From positions 1,255 through 65,254 of the forward strand of contig JAGDXJ010000021.1 in NCBI GenBank assembly GCA_023256355.1: DNA of 64,000 nucleotides, given 5' to 3'. Every line of letters begins with the position of its first letter. The stretch's first letter is position 1. The notes under the pieces were generated by a model, which did no database searches, was not told the origin of the DNA, and worked only from the letters and a program-made list of their open reading frames with translations. Below, in pieces: positions 47,874 through 57,528 of the stretch. The stretch is from Nitrososphaerales archaeon (GTDB taxonomy: Archaea; Thermoproteota; Nitrososphaeria; Conexivisphaerales; UBA164). Both the position numbers and the translations under genes were made by a program.

Positions 47874-48351
47874 AGATACATATTTTTTGCTTGATAACGT
47901 AAAGAACATAAAAGGTAAAGTTTTGGAATTAGGCTGTGGAAGCTGCTACGTGTTATCAAACATAAATTCGGATTTTAAAGTTGGTTGCGATCTTATAAAG
48001 CCAGATTCGCTTAAAGACGATGTAGAATTTGTTTTAGGAGACTGCAGAAAGGCGCCAATCAGAGAAGGCTCCTTTGAACAAATCATCTTTAATCCTCCAT
48101 ATTTGCCTTCCGACAAAATAATAGACATTGCCGTGGATGGAGGTAAAGGTGGTGTTGAAGTAACTCTCAAATTTTTAATTACCAGTTTAAGGATTGTAAA
48201 AAAACCTGGAAGAATTTACTTTATTCTCTCTTCTTTATCTGATTATGGGCGAGTTGAACAGTTTTTAAAGAAAATGAAGATAAAATACACAAAAAAACAA
48301 AAAGAACTATTTTTTGAAACTCTATATCTTTATACTGTAAATAACGTCTGA
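47854..48351 (+). CDS. HemK/Mtq2-type N5-glutamine methyltransferase
   Basis: VYNPAEDTYFLLD N-terminus, ELGCGSC SAM motif and NPPY catalytic motif. Confidence 0.75.
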   Translation: MVYNPAEDTYFLLDNVKNIKGKVLELGCGSCYVLSNINSDFKVGCDLIKPDSLKDDVEFVLGDCRKAPIREGSFEQIIFNPPYLPSDKIIDIAVDGGKGGVEVTLKFLITSLRIVKKPGRIYFILSSLSDYGRVEQFLKKMKIKYTKKQKELFFETLYLYTVNNV

Positions 48352-48436
48352 GCTAAGAAAAATTTCCTAAAATGCTTGCTCATAGTAGTAAAAACTTCTC
48401 GCAAATATTTTAAACAAGGAAGTTTATTTATTTTTT

Positions 48437-48808
48437 ATGATAAAAGAGGCCGTTCACGATATAGTAAAAAGGATAAGTGAAAAATCACGTGACGTGTATG
48501 AAGCTATAATGCCACCTGTTGATATATATGAAGAAGGTACAAACCTTATAATAGTAGCTGATTTAGCTGGCTTTGCTAAAGAAAATATAAAAGTAACTCT
48601 GAACGAAAGCATTCTTACGATTTTTGCTGAAAGAAAAGAACAAGAAGGTGTTGAGTACTTCTGGAAGCAAAGACCTCTAAAGATAAAAAAGATAATTCCT
48701 TTGCCTGAAAAGGTAGAAAGTGAAAAAGAAATATCAGCAAAATATGAGAATGGAACACTTACTGTATCTTTACCGCTTAAAAAGAAAGTACACATTCCTG
48801 TTCAGTAA
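48437..48808 (+). CDS. hsp20: Small heat-shock protein (Hsp20 / alpha-crystallin)
   Basis: PPVDIYEE...ADLAGF.KE.I.V......L.I.AE and AKYENGTLTVSLP. Confidence 0.85.
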   Translation: MIKEAVHDIVKRISEKSRDVYEAIMPPVDIYEEGTNLIIVADLAGFAKENIKVTLNESILTIFAERKEQEGVEYFWKQRPLKIKKIIPLPEKVESEKEISAKYENGTLTVSLPLKKKVHIPVQ

Positions 48809-48816
48809 AAAATCAA

Positions 48817-49539
48817 TTGAAGATAAGAGGAATTAAGGATATTTTTTCGTTCTTTACATTATTTCCTTTCAGAGGAGACATTGTAAAAGCGGCAAATTCC
48901 ATATACTTTCTCCCCCTAATATCGTTAGTCGTAGGTCTCGTTTCTGGTTTTATTAGGTTTTATTTAAACAATTTTGCGGGCAGTTTACTGGCATCCATTG
49001 TAGCCGTTTTATCGGTATATTTGATTACTGGAATTATCCATCTAGATGGTTTTGCTGATTTTGTGGATAGCCTATTTGCTAAAGGAGGTAAAGAACAAAG
49101 ATTAAAAGTTTTAAAAGATCCTCATGTAGGAGTTGCATCTGCCGTATCCATCTATTTTTTATTGACTTTAATGACTGCCTTAACTTACAGGATAGGCAAC
49201 AACAGCCTTGTCCGTGATATTTTGTTTTTTACGGTATCAGACTTGATGGGCAGGGCTTCAATAATAGGCAGTTTGTTTGGAAAAAATTATCATGACGGTT
49301 TGGGCAAAACTTTTGCTGCATCATTTAAACTTCAATACTTTTTTTATTTTTTGATCGTGTCGCTTTTATTATTACCTTTAATAAAATTTTTTTATTTGAG
49401 TATCTTTATAGGGTTTTTATTCGGTTATTTATTTTATAGGCTTGGTGTAGAACTGTATGGAGCTTCTGGTGGTGATATCATAGGAAGCGCAGTAGAAATT
49501 TCAAGGTTACTGGGGATGATTATAATATGCTTTATATAA
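48817..49539 (+). CDS. cobS: Adenosylcobinamide-GDP ribazoletransferase (cobalamin synthase)
   Basis: Membrane protein with FFTLFP and HLDGFADFVD motifs. Confidence 0.85.
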   Translation: MKIRGIKDIFSFFTLFPFRGDIVKAANSIYFLPLISLVVGLVSGFIRFYLNNFAGSLLASIVAVLSVYLITGIIHLDGFADFVDSLFAKGGKEQRLKVLKDPHVGVASAVSIYFLLTLMTALTYRIGNNSLVRDILFFTVSDLMGRASIIGSLFGKNYHDGLGKTFAASFKLQYFFYFLIVSLLLLPLIKFFYLSIFIGFLFGYLFYRLGVELYGASGGDIIGSAVEISRLLGMIIICFI

Positions 49540-50060
49540 TGCTGGCAGGTGGTAAAAGCAAAAGGCTAGGGCTTAATAAACTTCTGATCAGCGTTTGTGG
49601 TCTTCCACTTGTTTGGGTTTCATTTATAAAATATAAAAGTTTAGGATTGGATTTAAAAGTGGCCGTTTCAAAACGTACTTTAAATGAAATCATTTTTCTA
49701 AAATTTTTAGGTGCTGAAATAATAGAAACTCCAGGAAAAGGTTATTCGGAGGACGTCGGGTATCTGCTTAAGCTCTATGATGAACCCATTTTTTTATTTA
49801 GTGCAGATTCTATCTATTTAAAAAAGGAACATATAAAATATTTTTTGTCAAAAGCAGACAATCAAAGTATGAGCGCTGCTGTAAAATGTTGCAATAAAAT
49901 TGTGTACGTGGGGATGAACTATGCTGTTCCTGGTTCTCAAAAAGACAAAATTATTTTTCTTAATGATAAAAAATTATCTTATAGCATAAACGTTATCGAA
50001 GATCTGGAGGTATTTAAAAAATGGTTATGGAAAAATGGATGCTACTCATTATTTCGATAA
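49527..50060 (+). CDS. cobY: Adenosylcobinamide-phosphate guanylyltransferase, archaeal CobY type
   Basis: MLAGGKSKRLG nucleotidyltransferase motif and position within the cob operon. Confidence 0.65.
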   Translation: MLYIMLAGGKSKRLGLNKLLISVCGLPLVWVSFIKYKSLGLDLKVAVSKRTLNEIIFLKFLGAEIIETPGKGYSEDVGYLLKLYDEPIFLFSADSIYLKKEHIKYFLSKADNQSMSAAVKCCNKIVYVGMNYAVPGSQKDKIIFLNDKKLSYSINVIEDLEVFKKWLWKNGCYSLFR

Positions 50061-50914
50061 TCATCGACGCATTTTATGAATACCCAAATTTTGCTCATCC
50101 AACAGTTTGGGTTGGAAAAATTATTGTTTATTTTGATAAAAAATATAAAAGAAAAGGCAACGAATACGATTTTATAGCAGGTTCTTTGGTGGCAACTTTT
50201 GCATATTCTGCAGCAGCTCTTATAGGTTATGCTGTTTGTAAAGCTCTTGTTTTTGGCTTGTTTGGGGTCATTCTATATATATTCTTTTTAAAATCAACCT
50301 TTTCCGTTGGTTTGCTGATTAAAAAAGTACGCGCATGCGGCGTTGATGATGAAGAAATTTTAAAGAAAAATGTTTCTGAAATAGTTAGCAGAAATATAAA
50401 CGTTGGAAAACAGTATCTTTATTCTGCAGCTATAGAATCTGGTGCTGAAAACCTCGTGGATTCTGTCGTCAGCCCGCTTTTTTACTTTCTAATATTTGGC
50501 CTTCCAGGCGCGATGGTTTACAGAGCCATAAATACGGCAGATAACTTAATAGGTTATAGTGATGTAAAATATAAAAAGTTTGGAAAGCTTGCCGCTTTAG
50601 TTGATTATGCGGCAAATTATTTGCCAGCTCGTTTATTTTTATTAGTTGAATACCTGATATACAGTTCAGGAATTAATAAAGATATTAGAATAAAAAAGGG
50701 CCTTAGAATAAACGGCAAATACCCAATGCTTTTGTTTGCTAAAATATTAAATGTCAGATTAGTAAAAAAGGGGTACTACGTTATAGGTTCAGGCAAGCTC
50801 CCCGATTTGAATGACGTCAAAAAGGCAACGCTTTATCTTATTTTGCTGTCGTATGTTTTTATACTCATAGTTTTTATTCTTTCTTATGTTTACAGTTTAC
50901 CACGGTGGTGCTAG
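50021..50914 (+). CDS. cbiB: Adenosylcobinamide-phosphate synthase CbiB/CobD
   Basis: Membrane protein with HPTVWVGK and NTADNLIGY motifs. Confidence 0.85.
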   Translation: MVMEKWMLLIISIIIDAFYEYPNFAHPTVWVGKIIVYFDKKYKRKGNEYDFIAGSLVATFAYSAAALIGYAVCKALVFGLFGVILYIFFLKSTFSVGLLIKKVRACGVDDEEILKKNVSEIVSRNINVGKQYLYSAAIESGAENLVDSVVSPLFYFLIFGLPGAMVYRAINTADNLIGYSDVKYKKFGKLAALVDYAANYLPARLFLLVEYLIYSSGINKDIRIKKGLRINGKYPMLLFAKILNVRLVKKGYYVIGSGKLPDLNDVKKATLYLILLSYVFILIVFILSYVYSLPRWC

Positions 50915-51866
50915 GGATGACGAAAAGGGTTTAATTGATTTTTCACAGTCTGTAAACCCTTATTATCCTAGGTTTTTAAAAAAATATCTAAAAGAAGCTG
51001 AAATAAACAGGTATCCGTATTGTGAAGAAAATTATGAAAACATGATTAAAGAAAAGTTCGAGCTTGACGAGTTGGAAATTGCAGTGGGTGCTGGCGTTAC
51101 AGAGCTTCTTTATATGACTTTTTACATGATCAAAAATTACGAAGAAGTCGTTTTGCTCTCACATACCTATTCTGAAAATAAAAGGTTATCCTATCTCTTC
51201 AACAAAAAACCATTATTTATAGAAAAACTCGTTCCAGGTCTTGAAGATTTTGTTTTAAAAAGGAGAACTGCATACTTTATAGTAAACCCAGACAACCCCA
51301 CAGGCGTTTATTATGGCTTTTTAAGAGCGCTCGCAGAAGAGCTAAACGCTCTTGAATCAATACTCGTTATTGATGAATCGTTCTTGCCATTTACAGAGCA
51401 CCGAAATGAATACATTAAAATGGAGAACGTTATCGCGTTAAGAAGCTTTACTAAAACTTTTGGTATTCCAGGAATAAGAGTAGGATTTGCGTACGGACCT
51501 AAAGATAAAATTTTTAAAATGAAAGAGTTTAGAATGCCTTGGTCGCTGGGCGCTTATGGGTGTGCAGCTTTAAAGGGAATACTGAGCGAAGGCGACAGTT
51601 TTTTAAATGTAACCCTTAGAAAAGTTGAAAAAGAACGCGACAGAATCACAAAAAAGTTAAAACTAAAAACCGATGCAAACTTTTTTCTTGCAAAAGTGCC
51701 TGATTCAAAAAAGCTCATAAGCGAGCTTCGGAAAGAAGGAATTCTTGTCAGAGATTGCCAAAGTTTTGGCTTAGAAAACGCAATCAGGTTTTCAGTAAGG
51801 AAAAGGAACGAAAACGACATGCTGTTAAAAGCTCTTGATAAAGTAGAAATAGCTAGCCCTTTCTGA
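50886..51866 (+). CDS. cobD: Threonine-phosphate decarboxylase (CobD/CobC, aminotransferase fold)
   Basis: HGG near the N-terminus, NPDNPTG, SFTKTFGIPGIRVG (PLP lysine) and operon context. Confidence 0.8.
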   Translation: MFTVYHGGARDDEKGLIDFSQSVNPYYPRFLKKYLKEAEINRYPYCEENYENMIKEKFELDELEIAVGAGVTELLYMTFYMIKNYEEVVLLSHTYSENKRLSYLFNKKPLFIEKLVPGLEDFVLKRRTAYFIVNPDNPTGVYYGFLRALAEELNALESILVIDESFLPFTEHRNEYIKMENVIALRSFTKTFGIPGIRVGFAYGPKDKIFKMKEFRMPWSLGAYGCAALKGILSEGDSFLNVTLRKVEKERDRITKKLKLKTDANFFLAKVPDSKKLISELRKEGILVRDCQSFGLENAIRFSVRKRNENDMLLKALDKVEIASPF

Positions 51867-52110
51867 TGTTTCTGATTAAGGTTCTTTTAACTTTTCTAAG
51901 TTCAGTAATACATTCTCGATATTTGCCTTTTAAATAATACTCATAAGCAAGCTTCAAGTTGCCGTTACTTTCGTTGGTGAAAGGTATTTCGAGATTATTA
52001 TTTATTTTTATTAAAAATATTAACAGCTCAACGTTTTCGAAAAGCTTCCTATCATCTTTCTCCATAATGGCTCTTTCAAACAGTTCCTTTATTTGCTGTT
52101 CAGTTTCCAT
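51853..52110 (-). CDS. Hypothetical small helical protein
   Basis: ORF only. I prefer the internal Met (METEQQ...), which removes the overlap with archease. Confidence 0.35.
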   Translation of the reverse strand: METEQQIKELFERAIMEKDDRKLFENVELLIFLIKINNNLEIPFTNESNGNLKLAYEYYLKGKYRECITELRKVKRTLIRNIRKG

Positions 52111-52111
52111 T

Positions 52112-52531
52112 CTAAAGATCAACCAAAAACCTAGCTTTGCATCCTTTTTCCTCATTTATTTCCATCAGATGATAAGTTATTCCCTTGACTTCCGTTCTAA
52201 AACCGTGCTTTTTTGGTGAATAATTTTCTCCCAGAATTTTTCCTTTAAGGCTAAGTTCTTTTTTATCTACCTGCACATCAAAGTCACCAGCAGCAAACTT
52301 TTCTGCAGTTAACTTTATTATTAAGAACTCGAGCCATTTATAAAGCAAGTTTTGCAGATCATAACCATTAATTTCAACGGTTAAGCGTTCTTTAAGTTCA
52401 ACCTTCTTTATGTTGTATACTAGCTTTAAAAGCCCTATAGCAGCCCCTTTAAAACATTCAGAAATATTCTCTCCAGTAACCTCAATGTACGCATCCCCCA
52501 TATATTCAAGTTCTCTTATTTGCAAACGCAT
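52112..52531 (-). CDS. Archease (RtcB tRNA-ligase activator)
   Basis: GDAYIEV...F..A and EVKGITYH motifs, about 140 aa. Confidence 0.85.
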   Translation of the reverse strand: MRLQIRELEYMGDAYIEVTGENISECFKGAAIGLLKLVYNIKKVELKERLTVEINGYDLQNLLYKWLEFLIIKLTAEKFAAGDFDVQVDKKELSLKGKILGENYSPKKHGFRTEVKGITYHLMEINEEKGCKARFLVDL

Positions 52532-52540
52532 CGCCTAAAT

Positions 52541-52612
52541 TGGACCGGGGGGGACTTGAACCCCCGACCTCCCGCGTGCAAGGCGGGCGTTCTACCCCTG
52601 AACTACCGGCCC
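52541..52612 (-). tRNA. tRNA-Ala (anticodon UGC), no encoded CCA, no intron
   Basis: The reverse complement reads GGGCCGGTAGTTCAGGGGTAGAACGCCCGCCTTGCACGCGGGAGGTCGGGGGTTCAAGTCCCCCCCGGTCCA. This gives a cloverleaf with the G3:U70 Ala identity pair, anticodon loop CUUGCAC and T-arm GGGGG-UUCAAGU-CCCCC. Confidence 0.95.
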
Positions 52613-52619
52613 ATTTGTC

Positions 52620-52803
52620 TGGCTTATCAGTTTTCTTCATCCCTTTTGGTCAGTCCGCCCATCGTAAGACAAGCCATTAGACTGGGTATTTAATGTAGCA
52701 CTCCAACTTGTGGTTGGAGTTTCCCGGTTCATAGCCGTGCTTTGACGCACGATAATCCCCGGTCGTCTTGCCTGTATTTCGCAGGCAACACCATATCAGG
52801 CAA
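52620..52803 (-). ncRNA. Unclassified G+C-rich structured-RNA candidate immediately upstream of (possibly co-transcribed with) tRNA-Ala
   Basis: Sharp G+C enrichment in an AT-rich genome and no ORF. Perfect hairpins lie at 52768-52774/52782-52788 (7 bp), 52701-52707/52713-52719 (7 bp) and 52736-52740/52747-52751 (5 bp). TTATAAG on the minus strand at about 52822-52830 could be its TATA box. Confidence 0.5.
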
Positions 52804-52920
52804 AAAATCTATCTTAATTTTGCTTATAAGCATTTCTGTAAAGGACTATTTATTACTTCACGTAAGTTACTTACAGCTCTTACCCCCATAAATTTTAAAA
52901 CTAACTGTTTTTTTTGTTTG

Positions 52921-53313
52921 TTATGATTTTATACGGACTATTTTTATTTTGTCCATAACTTTCCAGTATTCTACTTCTTGTCCCTCCTTTATTCTGGGTT
53001 TAAGGTCTTCTTCCATGTATTCAGCTTCCAGCGTCTGAAAAGTTTGAAGATCCATAAGCTGTACAACATTTCCCGTAACGCTAAGTACTTGACCAGAACC
53101 TTTCTCGATGATAGGCACTTCAACCTTTGATTCAGACGGACCTACGTAGCTTTTTTTAGCTCCTGTAAATATGTCAATTCCTACCAGCCTGACTTTAGCG
53201 CTTCCATGTTTCCCAGGTTTGCTTTTTTCAACTTCCACAACTTTGCAGGGGGAGTTATCGATCATTATGTATGAACCCTCTTTGATATCTCCTAATTCCA
53301 TAGGTTTTGTCAT
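52921..53313 (-). CDS. eif5a: Translation initiation factor 5A
   Basis: SKPGKHGSAKV hypusination loop, 130 aa. Confidence 0.95.
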   Translation of the reverse strand: MTKPMELGDIKEGSYIMIDNSPCKVVEVEKSKPGKHGSAKVRLVGIDIFTGAKKSYVGPSESKVEVPIIEKGSGQVLSVTGNVVQLMDLQTFQTLEAEYMEEDLKPRIKEGQEVEYWKVMDKIKIVRIKS

Positions 53314-53507
53314 ACATCAATGTATACATAACCGGCATTAATTAAATTTTTCAAAGATGCGCAAAAAATTAAGTTTAAACATTCATTTGTAAGCTTTCAT
53401 AATACAGAAAGCCTTTTAAAGGCGAAATAGATCTTTATAAATGCATGACGAAACTGAACTGCGTTGATGGCTCTGCCAAATGAAATGATGCACCTCGGCT
53501 GATCTTT

Positions 53508-54611
53508 ATGCAGAAAAATCAGGTAGAAGAAGGAAACGTAAAAATAGTAACGGAGATTGATAACGATACTGCTTTCTATAACCCGCTGGGCAAATTTTCA
53601 AGAAGCATTTTTGTTAAAATTTTTAGCGCATACGCGATGTCCAAAGGCGGAAATTTAACTTACGCAGAGCCATTTTCAGGAAGCGGTATAAAAGGCATAA
53701 GGCTTTCTGTTGAGGGTGGAGGCTTTTCTACTTTTATCTTTAATGATATAGATGAAGGAAGTTTAAGGATAACAAAAGAAAACTGGAAAAATAATGTAGT
53801 AAAGGGAGAAGTAATTTTCTATAACCTTGAAGCGAACGATTTTTTTCAGAGCCTGGTCAACAAGGGAAGAGTCGATGGTTTGGATGTCGACCCTTTTGGC
53901 TCATCGTCACCTTATATTTTTAACGCCATCAGAGCAGTTAGAGGCGGAGGGCTAATCTCTTTTACTTTTACAGATACACAGGTTTTGGGCGGCATACATT
54001 CCGAAGCGTTGGAAAAAAGGTATCATGTTAAGGCAAAAAAGGTTCAGTTTCTAAAAGAGCTCCAGGCAAGGATCGCAATAACGAACGTGATTTTAGAAGC
54101 TTCAGCAATCAACATAGCGGCATTTCCCGTTTTTGCACATGTAGACAAACATTATATAAGAACATATCACATTATAAAGCCAAAAGCTTCTCTCTCGAGC
54201 GAACTGGTTAAAAATATAAAGTATATAACTGCCAGCGATTGTGGTTATACTTCATTAGAAGAATCTTTTTACTGTCCTTACTGTGGTAAGCCTACAGACA
54301 ACATAGGACCTTTATACGTAGGTAACATATTTAACAAAGATCTAATTAAAAAAGCGCATGAATTATCTGGAGACTGTAAAGGTTGTGCAGAACTTTTCGA
54401 AATAGCTTTAGAAGAAAACGATAATATCCCATTTTACTATGATACTAGGTATCTGGCTTCTATGCTAAGAACAACAACGCCTTCAAAAAATATATTGCTA
54501 GAAAGGTTAAGAGCTTCAGGTTTTAAATCATCACGGACCATTTTTTGCTCAACGGGGGTTAAAACATGTGCGCCTTTTGGTATTTTTGAATCGATGTTTT
54601 ACGTCAAATAG
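53508..54611 (+). CDS. trm1: tRNA (guanine26-N2)-dimethyltransferase Trm1
   Basis: FYNP, EPFSGSGIKGIR, DVDPFGS and the C-terminal CxxC zinc motif of archaeal Trm1. Confidence 0.85.
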   Translation: MQKNQVEEGNVKIVTEIDNDTAFYNPLGKFSRSIFVKIFSAYAMSKGGNLTYAEPFSGSGIKGIRLSVEGGGFSTFIFNDIDEGSLRITKENWKNNVVKGEVIFYNLEANDFFQSLVNKGRVDGLDVDPFGSSSPYIFNAIRAVRGGGLISFTFTDTQVLGGIHSEALEKRYHVKAKKVQFLKELQARIAITNVILEASAINIAAFPVFAHVDKHYIRTYHIIKPKASLSSELVKNIKYITASDCGYTSLEESFYCPYCGKPTDNIGPLYVGNIFNKDLIKKAHELSGDCKGCAELFEIALEENDNIPFYYDTRYLASMLRTTTPSKNILLERLRASGFKSSRTIFCSTGVKTCAPFGIFESMFYVK

Positions 54612-54769
54612 AGTTTATTGCGCTGAAATTGCTTTAGTACAGAATGTACAACAGTTTGAAAAATTATATAATGACAGCGTTAAAAGTTTTTTAAAGCTGA
54701 ACTAAGAATTTAGGATCAAAAATCATTAAAGAATGATTATAAACATGTGAGATTGAAAGATTTACAGCC

Positions 54770-55711
54770 TTGAAAATTGTTTTTTTAGGAACGTCGGCAG
54801 CTGTACCTACAAAAGAAAGAAACACAGCGTCAATTTACATAATGACAACAAACGGGGCTTATCTTTTTGATGCCGGTGAAGGGTTGCAAAAACAACTTCA
54901 GATAGCTAAGTTAAACCCGATAAAGATCAAGGCTGTATTTATATCGCACATGCATTTTGATCACGTACTTGGCCTGCCAGGCCTTTTAATGACTATGGCT
55001 TTGATGAATAGAAAAGAACCTTTAACGATTGTGGGCACTAGAAAGCTTTTTCAATTTTTAAAGATGTTTGATGAAAAATTTTACATGGATTTAACGTTTG
55101 ACGTTGAATTTGTTGAAGCGCATCAGGGCAGCGTTTATGAAAACAAAGAAATAAAAGTTACAGCTTTCCCGACTATTCACAGCACTGAGTCTTATGCATA
55201 CAGAATATATGAGTACAAATTAAAAAGAAAATTTTACCCAGAAAAGGCGTTAAAACTTGGTATACCACGCGGACCGCTATGGAATAAACTGCAGCTCGGA
55301 GATAGCATTACTTTAAACGGCAAAAAAATTACTCCAGAAATGGTAAGTGATCCCCCACCGCCACCAGTTTCTGTATCCATAAGCGGAGATACTGCATATT
55401 TTGATGAGCTCATAGATTTTTTTAAGGAGTCTGACGTGCTTATTTATGAGTCAACGTTTTCAAAAGAGCTCGTTAACAAAGCAAGCGAGATGCTGCACTC
55501 AACTTCAGAACAAGCTGCGCTAGCGGCTTTAAAATCTGGCGTTAAACTTTTGGTGCTATATCATTTCAGCGAGAGGTACAAAAACGCAAAGCTTCTTGAG
55601 GAAGAAGCAAAAAAGATATTTCCTAACACGGTAGCAGCAAAAGATTTTATGTGCATAAAAATTGAAGATAACAATATAAACGTTATAGATAATATTGAAA
55701 AATGTGAGTGA
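54770..55711 (+). CDS. rnz: Ribonuclease Z
   Basis: FLGTSAAVPT, SHMHFDH and a C-terminal His motif. TTG start. Confidence 0.9.
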   Translation: MKIVFLGTSAAVPTKERNTASIYIMTTNGAYLFDAGEGLQKQLQIAKLNPIKIKAVFISHMHFDHVLGLPGLLMTMALMNRKEPLTIVGTRKLFQFLKMFDEKFYMDLTFDVEFVEAHQGSVYENKEIKVTAFPTIHSTESYAYRIYEYKLKRKFYPEKALKLGIPRGPLWNKLQLGDSITLNGKKITPEMVSDPPPPPVSVSISGDTAYFDELIDFFKESDVLIYESTFSKELVNKASEMLHSTSEQAALAALKSGVKLLVLYHFSERYKNAKLLEEEAKKIFPNTVAAKDFMCIKIEDNNINVIDNIEKCE

Positions 55712-56519
55712 TTCTCAGGGAACCTATTTGTACGTGCAATGGGACACATCGGACACGATCCTTCTTTCATATTATGTAGTAATAAACGGTGAGGTAAAGG
55801 TTAACGGATATTATTCTTTAAGAGCTAATCCAAACAAGATACTTAAATCGCTTAACGGCATGGCGAAAAAGTACGGCATTGAAAGGTTTATTATACAGAA
55901 CAGCTTAGGGCTTAGCAAAGAAAAGCTTCAAAAAGACGGTTTGGGAGCTACGGAAAGCCAGAGATGGATGCTAAAGCTCAGAAAAGTAGATCAGATTTTT
56001 CAATCCCTAACTCAATTAAACAACGGATTCAGCTATGAGATAAAAGATGGCGTATACTCACCGGTTAAATGTTCCCTGGGTAGGTTCATAAAAATCAATG
56101 AAAATGGAGAAGCCTTGTTTGAAAATGTAAAAATTAAAATCCCCAGGTCAGTCCTAGAATATGCGGCATATCTTTTTGAAAGTTTGATCGCGTCAGGCAT
56201 AACTTTTATCAGATATGTAGACGATAAAAACGTAAATTACGAAATAAAATTAACTCAGGATAAAAAAATATCCGTACCTATTGTGAAAAATTTTAAAGGT
56301 TATTTAGTTATATGGCTGAGAGAAGAAGAAAATGAATTGCTAGCTAACATAAGCACAGGCAGAACGTTATCTGAAGCGATGAAAAAGCACAAGAAGATAA
56401 TTCTGAAAAAAATGATTGAATGGATAAACAAGAGCAAGGAAACCAGCTTTTTAACGTCTATCGTTACGCTTGACCACATAAAAATAAACGAACTGATACG
56501 TAAAATTAAGGGAAAATAG
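55695..56519 (+). CDS. Hypothetical protein
   Basis: ORF only. It overlaps the rnz 3' end by 17 nt in the same orientation. Confidence 0.4.
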   Translation: MKNVSDSQGTYLYVQWDTSDTILLSYYVVINGEVKVNGYYSLRANPNKILKSLNGMAKKYGIERFIIQNSLGLSKEKLQKDGLGATESQRWMLKLRKVDQIFQSLTQLNNGFSYEIKDGVYSPVKCSLGRFIKINENGEALFENVKIKIPRSVLEYAAYLFESLIASGITFIRYVDDKNVNYEIKLTQDKKISVPIVKNFKGYLVIWLREEENELLANISTGRTLSEAMKKHKKIILKKMIEWINKSKETSFLTSIVTLDHIKINELIRKIKGK

Positions 56520-56520
56520 C

Positions 56521-57528
56521 TCAATTTCGCATTAAAAATAAACTTTTTAAAATTTTATATATCTCAACTGAAGCATCAGGAAGCTTAAGAACTGGTAACT
56601 TTTCACTTCTTTGAAAATACCCTTTTATCTTTTTGGGGTCTGATTCTCTTCTTAAATACCCTTTTCTTAAGAGGTATTCTTCAACATCAGTTTTATAAGA
56701 GAAAACGCTTACAGTCTTTATTCCCAAAAGAATGGCCTCAACGTTCATCGTTCCTCCTCCTCCTATGAACGCATATGATTTCTCAAGAACGTTAGGTCCA
56801 AAGAACTCTCCGCCGTAGATAACCAGGTTATTTAAAACCTTTTCATCGCTAAAATATCTTTTAAGAAGGATGACTTTTTTATCAGGGTACTCACCAGCAA
56901 CCTTAAGCGCAAACTCTTCAAAATTTATATAATCTTTAACATAAGATGCCATGTATTCACTTTCCCTTATAACGATAGCCCCAGCTGAAGCTTGTTCTAT
57001 TTTGTTTTTAGGAGGCCAGATGTGCTTTCTGTATAACCAAGAAGTTGGGTCTAAACTTTTGTACTTTATAATCCTCTCGTATTCTATTCCATATTTTGCA
57101 AATTTACTCTTTTCAATCACCCATGGCGTCAGCAAATAGCTTGATAATGGTACAGTTAACTTGCAAACGAAAACGCTGTGCGGGGAATCACATATAAGTG
57201 TATGTGGAATACCAAGACCAAAAGACACCCTTGCTGCTTCAGGACTGCCAAAAGAAATGCTCAATTCAGGCTTTAAATCGGCTATAAAAGATGTTAATTC
57301 AAGCATCCTTTTTGCGCTTTGAACAAGTTTTGCTTTCAGATCACCTCCTCCGTGAGATCCCACTGTAACGTGCTTCGAATCAAGCTTGATCCTTTTATAA
57401 ACCCTTTCAAGCTCTTCATATTCTCTTAAAGTTACAAATACTTCATGGCCATCTTTTATAAAATTCTCTTCTAAGGCTTTAGTCAGAAGGTAATGCTTTG
57501 GAGTTAAGGCGTCAATCCATACCTTCAA
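56521..57528 (-). CDS. DUF354-family protein (GT-B / UDP-GlcNAc 2-epimerase-like fold)
   Basis: N-terminal KVWIDALTPKH, typical of archaeal DUF354 proteins, 335 aa. Confidence 0.6.
   Translation of the reverse strand: MKVWIDALTPKHYLLTKALEENFIKDGHEVFVTLREYEELERVYKRIKLDSKHVTVGSHGGGDLKAKLVQSAKRMLELTSFIADLKPELSISFGSPEAARVSFGLGIPHTLICDSPHSVFVCKLTVPLSSYLLTPWVIEKSKFAKYGIEYERIIKYKSLDPTSWLYRKHIWPPKNKIEQASAGAIVIRESEYMASYVKDYINFEEFALKVAGEYPDKKVILLKRYFSDEKVLNNLVIYGGEFFGPNVLEKSYAFIGGGGTMNVEAILLGIKTVSVFSYKTDVEEYLLRKGYLRRESDPKKIKGYFQRSEKLPVLKLPDASVEIYKILKSLFLMRN

Noticed and set aside
52620-52803. The G+C-rich segment upstream of tRNA-Ala as a minimal (type T-like) RNase P RNA (GGGAAACUCC resembles CR-I), as SRP RNA, or as a second disrupted tRNA (CCGGUUCAUAGCCG on the plus strand resembles a T-arm).
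   Set aside because: The CR-I-like bases are consumed by a perfect 7-bp local hairpin, and no P4 partner or CR-V is present. The segment is too short for SRP RNA and lacks its helix-8 motif. No acceptor or anticodon arms accompany the T-arm-like piece.
53441-53505. Possible C/D-box sRNA upstream of trm1 (AUGACGA, UUGAUGG, AUGAUGC, CUGA boxes).
   Set aside because: The box spacings give guides of only about 7-10 nt and no consistent C/D'/C'/D order. The region is better explained as the trm1 promoter (TTTATAAAT at 53433-53442) plus 5' UTR.
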